Below are positions 56,498 to 64,000 of a stretch of 64,000 nucleotides of DNA, in pieces. The notes beneath the pieces were generated by a model. The model had not been told where the DNA came from. It saw nothing but the letters and a program-made list of their open reading frames with translations, and did not search any database. The DNA comes from Acidobacteriota bacterium (GTDB lineage: Bacteria > Acidobacteriota > CAIWXX01), in assembly GCA_040755995.1 (NCBI GenBank), contig JBFMAF010000023.1, forward strand, positions 256,001-320,000, in the 5' to 3' direction. A program made the position numbers and the translations under genes. The stretch's first letter is position 1, and every line of letters starts with the position of its first letter.

Positions 56498-57781
56498 TCA
56501 TCCGCGCACTGACGTGTCCATTCGCAACGTGTGATCTCTATCGGGCCCAAAAGACAATAACGTTACCGGCACTCCGGTTTCATTCGAAATGAAGTCGACA
56601 TACCTCTGCAGGCCCCGAGGCAATCTCCCGGACCTTTTCACGACAGCCCAATCCTCCTTCGTGAGCTGCTCCCAGCCTGGGAACTCCGTGTACACCGGCC
56701 GGGCGCGCTCCAGCTCATCCGTTCGCCCCGGGAATCGATCCGTCCTGTTCCCGCCGATCTCATACGCCGTGCAGACCAACACGTGATCGAGACCGCCGAG
56801 CACATCCACCTTGGTCAGCGCCAGCTCTGTCGGGCCGTTCAGCATGACGGCGTATTTCAGCGCGACCATGTCGAGCCACCCGCAGCGGCGGATCAGGCCG
56901 GACGTCATTCCGAGCTCGGTGCCTCTCTGCCTCAGCACCTCGCCAGTCCGGCCGGGGAGCTCGGTAGGGAACGGCCCGCGGCTGACCCGCGTCATGTAGG
57001 CTTTCACCACCCCCACGACCTGAGTCACGCTTAGCACCGGAATCCCCGCGCCGGTGCAGGCACCGCCCGATACGGTGGAGGTCGATGTCACGTGCGGATA
57101 CGTGCCGTGGTCCAGGTCGAGGAGCGTTCCCTGGGCGCCTTCGAGCAGGAGACGCTTTCCTTCATGGAGCGCACTGTTGAGCAGCACCTGCGTGTTGGTG
57201 ATGCTGCGGCGAAATTTCCCGGTGAAGGCCTTGAGCACTTGCGCGAGGCCGTCCAGATCCAATGCAGGCTCCCGCCCGCGACACCTCATCTCGATTTCCT
57301 TCAACGCCGCGATTTCCTCGAGTCTGCCCCTCAGCCGCCTCAGGTTCAGGAGCTCGCCGACCCTGACCGCCGTCTGCCGCGCCGCCTTGTCTGCGCAGGC
57401 GGGGCCGATACCCTTTCTCATTGTCACCGACCGGGAGTGCAGGTCAGCCGCGATATGCCAGGGCATCACAATGTGAGCGGAGTCGCTGATCGCCAGGTTG
57501 CGGCAATCGAGCCCGGCAGCGTCGATCTCCTCGGCCTCCGTGAGCAATGTGTCAGGATTGACCATCACTCCGTTGGCGATCACCTTCACGACGTGAGGAT
57601 GGAAGATGCCGGCGGGTATCAGCCTGACGCCGATCCTCCTGCCGTTCACCGTGACGGCATGGCCTGCATTGTCCCCGCCGTTGAACCTTACGACGTAGTC
57701 GAAGTCACCGGCAAGGACGTCGACGATCTTCCCCTTGCCTTCATCACCCCATTGCATTCCGGCTACAACAGTCGCCGTCAT
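56498..57781 (-). CDS. purA: Adenylosuccinate synthetase-like protein with altered substrate loops
   Basis: QWGDEGKG, GGDNAGH, EGAQGTLLD.DHGTYP.VT, RRCGWLD, TKVD; IMP and aspartate loops diverged. Confidence 0.85.
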   Translation of the reverse strand: MTATVVAGMQWGDEGKGKIVDVLAGDFDYVVRFNGGDNAGHAVTVNGRRIGVRLIPAGIFHPHVVKVIANGVMVNPDTLLTEAEEIDAAGLDCRNLAISDSAHIVMPWHIAADLHSRSVTMRKGIGPACADKAARQTAVRVGELLNLRRLRGRLEEIAALKEIEMRCRGREPALDLDGLAQVLKAFTGKFRRSITNTQVLLNSALHEGKRLLLEGAQGTLLDLDHGTYPHVTSTSTVSGGACTGAGIPVLSVTQVVGVVKAYMTRVSRGPFPTELPGRTGEVLRQRGTELGMTSGLIRRCGWLDMVALKYAVMLNGPTELALTKVDVLGGLDHVLVCTAYEIGGNRTDRFPGRTDELERARPVYTEFPGWEQLTKEDWAVVKRSGRLPRGLQRYVDFISNETGVPVTLLSFGPDRDHTLRMDTSVRG

Positions 57782-57901
57782 CCCTTCCCCAGCCTCTTGC
57801 CCGGCCGCATCATGCACTCTGCGTTTTGCATATTGCATCGGGCCAGGGCGGCCACGGGGGGCCTCCCCTACGCTCCGTCTTGCCTTTTACCTCTTGCATT
57901 G

Positions 57902-59353
57902 TCATCCTTTGATGACGACCATCGGGCGGAGGCGCGCGACGCGGCGCGAGAGTCCTGCGCCGTGGCACACGGCGACTACTTCGCTGACGTCCTTGTACGC
58001 CTCGGGGGCTTCCTCTTTGACGGTGACGATTTCGGCCGATCGTACGAGGATGCCCCGGTCTTCGAGCTCGCGGTGGATGGCTCTCCCCCTGCAGGCCTTG
58101 ACCGCAGCGGCTCGACTCATCACGCGGCCGGCGCCGTGGCAGGTCGTCCCGAAGCTCTCTTGTAGGCTGGTTGCGACACCGGCGAGAACGTACGAGCATC
58201 TTCCCATGTCGCCCGGTATGAGCGTAGGCTGCCCCGTCTGCCGGTAGATCGCAGGGACGTCGGGATGGCCGGGCGGGAAGGAGCGAGTGGCGCCCTTGCG
58301 GTGAACCGCCACTGTCATTCGCTTGCCATCGATCACGTGCTCCTCTTTCTTGACTATGTTGTGGGCGTGGTCGTAGATGAGGCCCAGATCGAGGGCTTTG
58401 GGGCCGAGCTCCAGGGCGTGGTAGAAGGCCTCCCGCGCCCAGTGCATCAGCATCTGCCGATTGGCCCACGCGTAATTGGCGGCCGCAGCCATGGCGCCGA
58501 GGTACTCCTTTCCCTCCGGGCTCGATATCGGCACGCAGGCCAGCTGGCGGTCGGGGACGGAGATGCCGTAGCGGTTCATGGCCGCGCTCATGCGGCCGAG
58601 GAAGTCGGTGCAGACCTGGTGGCCGAAACCGCGAGACCCCGAGTGGATCATGAGCGTGACCTGGTCCTTGAAGAGGCCGAAACGGCTCGCCGTGTCCTCG
58701 TCGTAGATCTCGTCGACATACTGTACTTCGAGGAAGTGGTTGCCGGAACCGAGGGTGCCGAGCTGGTCCTTGCCGCGGTCGTAGGCTCGTGAGGACGGCG
58801 CATCAGGGTCGGCCCAGGGCAGGCTTCCCCCGGCCTCGGTGACCGTCAGGTCATCCGGCTCCCCCATGCCGCGATCCACCGCGAACCGCGCGCCGCGTTC
58901 GCACACCCTCGCCAGCTCGTTCTTGCTGAGATGCACGCTGCCCTTCGAGCCGACGCCGCTGGGCACCGTCGCGAAGAGCGCTTCTGCGAGCGTCTTCTTG
59001 TGCGGCTCGATCTCGGCTCGCCTCAGAGCGGACCGGCACAGGCGCACGCCGCAGTTGATGTCGAAGCCGACTCCGCCGGGCGAGACTACCCCGGAATCCC
59101 AGTCCGTCGCCACGACCCCGCCGATCGGGAGGCCGTAGCCGAAGTGCATGTCCGGCATCGCAATGGCGTTGCCGACGATCCCGGGGAGGCTCGCCGAATT
59201 CGCCGCCTGCATGAGTGATTGGTCCTCGCGGATCTTCTCCATGAGCACCTCGTTCGCATACACAATCGCCGGTGCTCGCATGAACGGCTTGAACGAGGCC
59301 GGAATCCTGTACTTGAACTCCGACAGCTTCTCCAACGGCACCCGTTCTGACAT
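57902..59353 (-). CDS. rtcB: RNA ligase RtcB
   Basis: PDMHFGYG, GFDINCG, GSGNHF, HSGSRG, HN, HRKGAT, HGAGR, EEAPEAYK. Confidence 0.95.
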   Translation of the reverse strand: MSERVPLEKLSEFKYRIPASFKPFMRAPAIVYANEVLMEKIREDQSLMQAANSASLPGIVGNAIAMPDMHFGYGLPIGGVVATDWDSGVVSPGGVGFDINCGVRLCRSALRRAEIEPHKKTLAEALFATVPSGVGSKGSVHLSKNELARVCERGARFAVDRGMGEPDDLTVTEAGGSLPWADPDAPSSRAYDRGKDQLGTLGSGNHFLEVQYVDEIYDEDTASRFGLFKDQVTLMIHSGSRGFGHQVCTDFLGRMSAAMNRYGISVPDRQLACVPISSPEGKEYLGAMAAAANYAWANRQMLMHWAREAFYHALELGPKALDLGLIYDHAHNIVKKEEHVIDGKRMTVAVHRKGATRSFPPGHPDVPAIYRQTGQPTLIPGDMGRCSYVLAGVATSLQESFGTTCHGAGRVMSRAAAVKACRGRAIHRELEDRGILVRSAEIVTVKEEAPEAYKDVSEVVAVCHGAGLSRRVARLRPMVVIKG

Positions 59354-59444
59354 CCCACCCTCCTTGCCCCGATCGCCCTGGGTGCTGAGTGCTCAGTACC
59401 AATTGTCGACCGCGCGCCCTCCGTTGTCAATGCGCATCTAACCT

Positions 59445-59607
59445 CCCTGATCCGGCGATAAGGCGGCATCTGCTTCGTTGCCTTCGTCGCTGCGGTGCTC
59501 ACGTACCAGCGCGTACGCTGCGCTCCTCGCTCCTCGGCGCCTCGCACCTGCCGCCTTCCCGCCGGCCAGGGTCTTCAGCATGTTGGGAGGTTAGCGCCGG
59601 ATTGGGG
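59445..59607 (-). mobile_element. MITE-like element, copy 2 (163 bp)
   Basis: Inverted near-copy of 40138-40300; flanked by AACCT on both sides. Confidence 0.8.
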
Positions 59608-59720
59608 AACCTGGGGACCCTGAGATCCGGCAGCCGCGCCCCTGCATGCGTGAACGCGGGCCTCGACGTGAGCGTGAGCTGGTCCCTGCCCGCCCGCGCC
59701 CAGCCGCCTGCTTCGGCGGC

Positions 59721-60137
59721 TCAGAGGTCGAAGATCACGGCTACACGGTAGCCGCTCCGGCCCCTCTCGATGTCGAGTCCGTGCAGCGTCACGGCCTTGA
59801 CCTGGCGTTCCACGCGTGCGCCGCCGGCCCTCACATAGACAATGCGAGAGGACAGCCGATTATCTACGACCGTAGTAGATCGAAATCCCGTGCAGAAATA
59901 CCCCTTGGCATCGTGCAGGTACAGAAGCTCCGAAAGCCAGGCGTAAAGCAGCAGCTCGGTGGACTCGGCGCGCGCCGATATCCTGCGTTCGCGCACAGGT
60001 CCTTCGGCCGCCGTTCCGATGATGTGGAACATGCCGAGGGCGGCGTTCTCGAACAGCCGCGGGAGCGTCCGGCCGCGCGCGCGGATCCCCATGTCCGCCG
60101 TCGTCCCGAAAACGGCGAAGCCCGGCCGCTTGCGCAT
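59721..60137 (-). CDS. Archease
   Basis: TTADMGI.A.G, LF.NAA, WLSELLY, VKAVTLHGL, C-terminal IFDL; upstream of rtcB. Confidence 0.88.
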   Translation of the reverse strand: MRKRPGFAVFGTTADMGIRARGRTLPRLFENAALGMFHIIGTAAEGPVRERRISARAESTELLLYAWLSELLYLHDAKGYFCTGFRSTTVVDNRLSSRIVYVRAGGARVERQVKAVTLHGLDIERGRSGYRVAVIFDL

Positions 60138-60202
60138 ATGTTTCCGCGCCGGTGTGCGCCGGCTGGTGGCTGTCGATCCGGTGGGCCGGCTGGACCTCCT
60201 CG

Positions 60203-60313
60203 CCGCGTCTCCCCGTCCCCGCGTCTCCATGTCTCCGTGTCTCCGTGTCTCCCCGGCTTCGAGTCTCCGCGCCTCTCCGTCTCAGTCTCTCCGCGTCCCC
60301 GCGTCTCCGCGTC
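60203..60313. repeat. Octamer-period low-complexity tract (CCGYGTCT-like)
   Basis: ccgcgtct ccatgtct ccgtgtct ccgtgtct...; a similar tract lies at ~61350-61392. Confidence 0.7.
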
Positions 60314-60360
60314 ATCGTGCCCGCTCCCTATTCAGCGGCATCCTCGCTGGCTGTGCAGCG

Positions 60361-61236
60361 CTACTTGGGATTGCTCAGGTCCAGGCCTGCGAGGTACTTG
60401 CGGAAGTCGCTGCCGAGCTCGGGGTTCTTCAGAGCGAACTCGACGGTCGCCTTGAGAAATCCAAGCTTGTCGCCCGCATCGAACCTCTTGCCCTCGAACT
60501 GGAAGCCGAAGACACCCGGCTCGGCCAGAAGCTGGCGGAGGCCGTTTGTGAGCTGGATCTCACCGCCCGGATCGGGCGGCGTTCTTTCGAGGATGTCAAA
60601 GATGGCGGGCGGGAGGATATATCGGCCTATGATCGCGAGGTTCGAAGGGGCGGACTCGACGGCCGGTTTCTCGACCATCTCCGCAATCCTGTGCAGGCGC
60701 CCGTCGCGCGACGCGACCTTCACGATGCCGTAGCTCGACACGTCGCGCCGGTCCACTTCCTGTATCGCCACGACGGCTCCCCGGCAGCGTTCGTACGCAT
60801 CGATCATCTGCCTCATGCACGGCACCTCTGCGTCGATGATGTCGTCCCCGAGGAAGACCGCGAAGGGCTCGTCCCCGACCAGGTGGCGCGCCTGGAGGAT
60901 GGCGTGCCCAAGTCCAAGCGCCTCCTTCTGGCGTACATAGCAGACGTCGATCATGTCGCTGATCGACCGGACCGTCTGGAGAAGATCGGTCTTGCCGCGC
61001 TTCTCCAGCGTCTTCTCCAGCTCGTAGCTCACGTCGAAATGGTCCTCGATCGCGTTCTTGCCTCGGCCGGTCACGATGATGATGTGCGGGATGCCCGATG
61101 CCACCGCCTCTTCGATGACGTACTGAATGATCGGCTTGTCGACTAGCGCAAGCATCTCTTTGGGCTGCGCCTTGGTGGCCGGGAGGAATCGCGTGCCGAG
61201 CCCGGCGGCAGGGAAGACTGCCTTCCGTATCTTCAT
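60361..61236 (-). CDS. galU: UTP--glucose-1-phosphate uridylyltransferase
   Basis: KAVFPAAGLGTRFLPATKAQPKEM, LGLGHA, VEKP, GEIQLT. Confidence 0.95.
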   Translation of the reverse strand: MKIRKAVFPAAGLGTRFLPATKAQPKEMLALVDKPIIQYVIEEAVASGIPHIIIVTGRGKNAIEDHFDVSYELEKTLEKRGKTDLLQTVRSISDMIDVCYVRQKEALGLGHAILQARHLVGDEPFAVFLGDDIIDAEVPCMRQMIDAYERCRGAVVAIQEVDRRDVSSYGIVKVASRDGRLHRIAEMVEKPAVESAPSNLAIIGRYILPPAIFDILERTPPDPGGEIQLTNGLRQLLAEPGVFGFQFEGKRFDAGDKLGFLKATVEFALKNPELGSDFRKYLAGLDLSNPK

Positions 61237-61390
61237 ATGGAGCCCTCGGCGATCCGGTCACCCTCAGGCGCGTTGATCAGTAGCTGCGGTTCGCGACGGA
61301 AACGGTGAACCGGTGAACCGGAGAAACGGAGATCCCAGACGGCTCTTCTCTCCGGGTCCCCGTGTCTCCGCGTCTCCGCGTCCCCGCGTC

Positions 61391-62674
61391 TCATCTCTTC
61401 GCCTTCTCGATCCTCGCCAGGCCGTCCATGAACGGCCGCAGGGCCTCGGGGACGATGACGGTGCCGTCTTGCTGCTGGTAGTTTTCAAGAACGGCCACGA
61501 CTGTTCTGCCGACGGCCAGTCCCGAGCCGTTCAGCGTGTGGACGAACACCGGCTTGGCGCCGGGCGCCGGCCGGTAGCGGATGTTGGCGCGCCGCGCTTG
61601 GAAGTCCTCGAAGTTGCTGCACGAGGAGATCTCGCGGAAGCAGTCCTGCCCGGGCAGCCAAACCTCTATGTCGTATGTCTTTGCCGAAGAGAAGCCCATG
61701 TCGCCGGTGCATAGGGTGACCACGCGGTAGTGCAGGCCGAGGGTCGAGAGCACCTCCTCGGCGTCGCGCGTGAGCGATTCCAGCTCGTCATAGGACCTTC
61801 CCGGCGCCACGAACTTCACGAGCTCCACCTTGTTGAACTGGTGCTGCCTGATGAGCCCGCGGGTGTCTTTACCCCATGACCCAGCCTCGCTTCGGAAGCA
61901 CGGTGTGTATGCCGCCAGCCGGACCGGCAGATCGGTGTGAGCGAGCACCTCGTCGCGGAAGATGTTGGTGACGGGGACCTCGGCTGTGGGTACCAGGTAG
62001 TAATCGGTGTTTTCCAGCTTGAAGAGGTCCTCGCCGAATTTCGGCAGATTGCCGGTGCCGATGAGACTCGTCGAGTTCACGATGAACGGCGGCAGTACCT
62101 CACGATAGCCGTGCCTCCGGGTGTGCAGGTCGAGCATGAAGTTGATGAGGGCGCGTTCGAGGCGGGCGCCGGCGTCCCAGTACAGCGCGAATCGGCTTCC
62201 GGCGACCTTCGCCGCGCGCTCGAAGTCCAGGATTCCCAGATCTGCAGCGATGTCCCAGTGCGCCCGCGGCGCAAAGGAGAATTGCGGCGGCGAACCCCAC
62301 CGGCGCACCTCGAGGTTGTCATCGGCCGAGCGGCCGCGAGGCACCGACGCGTGCGGGATGTTGGGGATGAAGAGGAGCATCTCGCGGAGCGTCAGCTCGC
62401 AGTGCTTGATGCGCTCGTCCAGCTCCTTGATGCGCGTCGAAACCGCTCGCATCTCCTCCATCAGTGCCGTGGCGTCGGCCTTCTCCTTCTTGAGCCTGGC
62501 GATTTCGTCGCTTCTCACGTTGCGCTCGTGCCGCAGGGACTCGACCTCGCCCACCAGTGCCTTCCGCTCGCTGTCGAGCTGCTGGAAGCTGTCCAGCTCG
62601 ATCTCCAGCCCGCGCAGCCGTGTCTTCTCGATCACGGCCTCGAAGTTCTCGCGTACGAAGTTGATATCCAGCAT
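61391..62674 (-). CDS. serS: Serine--tRNA ligase
   Basis: N-terminal coiled coil, [37 protein letters not shown]. Confidence 0.97.
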   Translation of the reverse strand: MLDINFVRENFEAVIEKTRLRGLEIELDSFQQLDSERKALVGEVESLRHERNVRSDEIARLKKEKADATALMEEMRAVSTRIKELDERIKHCELTLREMLLFIPNIPHASVPRGRSADDNLEVRRWGSPPQFSFAPRAHWDIAADLGILDFERAAKVAGSRFALYWDAGARLERALINFMLDLHTRRHGYREVLPPFIVNSTSLIGTGNLPKFGEDLFKLENTDYYLVPTAEVPVTNIFRDEVLAHTDLPVRLAAYTPCFRSEAGSWGKDTRGLIRQHQFNKVELVKFVAPGRSYDELESLTRDAEEVLSTLGLHYRVVTLCTGDMGFSSAKTYDIEVWLPGQDCFREISSCSNFEDFQARRANIRYRPAPGAKPVFVHTLNGSGLAVGRTVVAVLENYQQQDGTVIVPEALRPFMDGLARIEKAKR

Positions 62675-62807
62675 ACACTCTTGAAGCAATCGAGCTTATG
62701 GCACCGGTCGGGCGGATGTCAACTGCTGAAGTGCGGGTGTGCGGGTGCGGGTATTGAGATCCAGCAAGAGCGGGTATAATCTGAACAGGACCGCAATGGA
62801 GGCATAG

Positions 62808-63044
62808 ATGCGGGGATTGGATAGAATAACCTTCGACCCATTGGTGATGGGCGGAAGAGCGTGCATTCGCGGAATGCGGGTGACGGTGTCGCTCATCTTG
62901 AACATGGCCGCGAATGGAATGAGCACGGATGAGATACTTCAGGCTTACCCTTACCTGGAGTTGGAGGACTTGAGGCAAGCTTTGAGGTACGCCGCGTGGC
63001 TCGCCGACGAGGGAGTCTATCCGCTGGAGCCCGCGACGGCGTGA
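62808..63044 (+). CDS. DUF433-family antitoxin
   Basis: RITFDP.VMGG..CIRG.RV.V..EIL..YP.L..EDL..AL.YA. Confidence 0.9.
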   Translation: MRGLDRITFDPLVMGGRACIRGMRVTVSLILNMAANGMSTDEILQAYPYLELEDLRQALRYAAWLADEGVYPLEPATA

Positions 63045-63403
63045 GATTCCTCGCAGACATGGGCATCTCTCCGGCCACCGTGGAAGTATTGGTGGCAGCA
63101 GGTCACGTGGCCGTTCACCTGCACGAACAGCAATTGGACCGCCTTCCGGACTCCCAGATACTCAACAAGGCCCGCGCAGAGGGCGCTGTCGTCTTGACGA
63201 GCGACCTGGACCTGGGCGATCTCCTCGCAGTTGGTGGTGAGACGCTGCCGAGTGTTGTCGTTTTCAGATTGGCGGACATGCGCCCGGCCAATGTGAATCG
63301 GCATCTTCTCAGGGTCATCGAGTTCGCCCACGAGATGCTCAGGAAGGGTGCGATCGTGAGCGTGTCGGAAAGCGGCTTCCGGGTGCGCCCGTTACCGATC
63401 TGA
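63041..63403 (+). CDS. DUF5615 PIN-like toxin
   Basis: RFLADMGIS, D.QIL..A, LTSDLD.G; GTGA overlap with the antitoxin. Confidence 0.85.
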   Translation: MRFLADMGISPATVEVLVAAGHVAVHLHEQQLDRLPDSQILNKARAEGAVVLTSDLDLGDLLAVGGETLPSVVVFRLADMRPANVNRHLLRVIEFAHEMLRKGAIVSVSESGFRVRPLPI

Positions 63404-63468
63404 GCTCGACCGGTCTGCCGCCGTCGGCCCGCCCCCTTGTCCCTTTCCCCTTTCGCCTTGGCCCCTTC

Positions 63469-64000
63469 CTACTCCGCTTCGCCTTCCGCGTACAGCCTGT
63501 CAATTACGTCGCGGTATTTCTTGTCGACGGCGGCGCGCTTGACTTTCATGGTCGGCGTGATTTCGCCGTCCTCGATCGTGAAATCCCGGGGCAGAAGCGC
63601 GATCTTCTTGATCCGCTCGAACTGGGCCAGGTGCGGGGTCATGCGGTTGACTTCGGCGAGCATGTAGTCCAGGACCTGCTTGTTGCGGACCAGTTCATCG
63701 CGGTCCCTGAATGCGATGCCCTTCGCGCCTGCCCACGCCTCGAGCTTTTCGAAGGTGGGCACGATCAGGGCGCAGCAGAACTTGCGCTTGTCGCCGAGCA
63801 CGATGACGCTCGCAATCATCTCATGGGTCTTCAGTGTATTCTCGATCGGCTGAGGTGCGACATACTTGCCGCCGGAAGTCTTGAGCAGATCCTTCTTGCG
63901 GTCTGTGATCACCAGGAATCCATCGCGGTCTATGTGGCCGATGTCCCCCGTGCGGAACCAACCGTCCGCCATGGCCTCCTTGGTCTCAGCCTCCTTCTTG
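63469..64000 (-). CDS. Long-chain acyl-CoA synthetase (C-terminal part, 5'-partial)
   Basis: GWFRTGDIG, ITDRKKDL.KTSGGKYVAPQ, TPTMKVKR. Confidence 0.9.
   Translation of the reverse strand, partial: KKEAETKEAMADGWFRTGDIGHIDRDGFLVITDRKKDLLKTSGGKYVAPQPIENTLKTHEMIASVIVLGDKRKFCCALIVPTFEKLEAWAGAKGIAFRDRDELVRNKQVLDYMLAEVNRMTPHLAQFERIKKIALLPRDFTIEDGEITPTMKVKRAAVDKKYRDVIDRLYAEGEAE

Noticed and set aside
56498..57781. Calling the PurA homolog PurZ (Z-genome pathway)
   Set aside because: It keeps the Asp of GDEGKG (Ser in PurZ) and the GTP-type TKxD motif; no phage, dATPase or polymerase genes are nearby.
57845..57872. GTAG-type REP-like hairpin between rtcB and purA-like
   Set aside because: Single imperfect copy in the window and no RAYT gene; insufficient support.

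Overview
GC-rich bacterial DNA from a diderm, judged by outer-membrane beta-barrels with C-terminal Phe. The Ser/Thr kinase-TPR and Calx-beta/CARDB secreted proteins suggest an Acidobacteriota-like lineage, but this is inference only. Five zones. (1) 1-19.6 kb: a Ser/Thr kinase-TPR gene plus secreted and outer-membrane protein genes, with duplicated and shuffled fragments; six genes or pseudogenes share an upstream GGCCCC-N17-GCGTY motif. (2) 19.6-24.4 kb: a PadR/4Fe-4S membrane protein pair within a patchwork of short gene fragments. (3) 24.5-38.4 kb: a probable sphingolipid-type lipid cluster (FAAL, ACP with Cys at the carrier Ser, alpha-oxoamine synthase, bCerS-like GNAT, SDR, two ABC permeases, OMP) with three radical SAM enzymes. 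(4) 38.7-47.4 kb: secreted repeat protein, MITE, kdpDE, PflX-like/MEMO pair and PCD. (5) 47.4-64 kb: a tightly packed nine-gene minus-strand block (divergent PurA, three related VWA proteins, truncated pyruvate-kinase-like protein, two unknowns, MoxR-type AAA+, VWA-metallopeptidase). It lies downstream of archease-rtcB, galU and serS; a DUF433/DUF5615 TA pair and a partial acyl-CoA synthetase end the window. The best candidates for undescribed systems are the PurA/PK/VWA/MoxR block and the radical-SAM-decorated sphingolipid cluster. No rRNA, tRNA, CRISPR array or transposase was seen. All family calls come from motif recognition by eye, not database searches.
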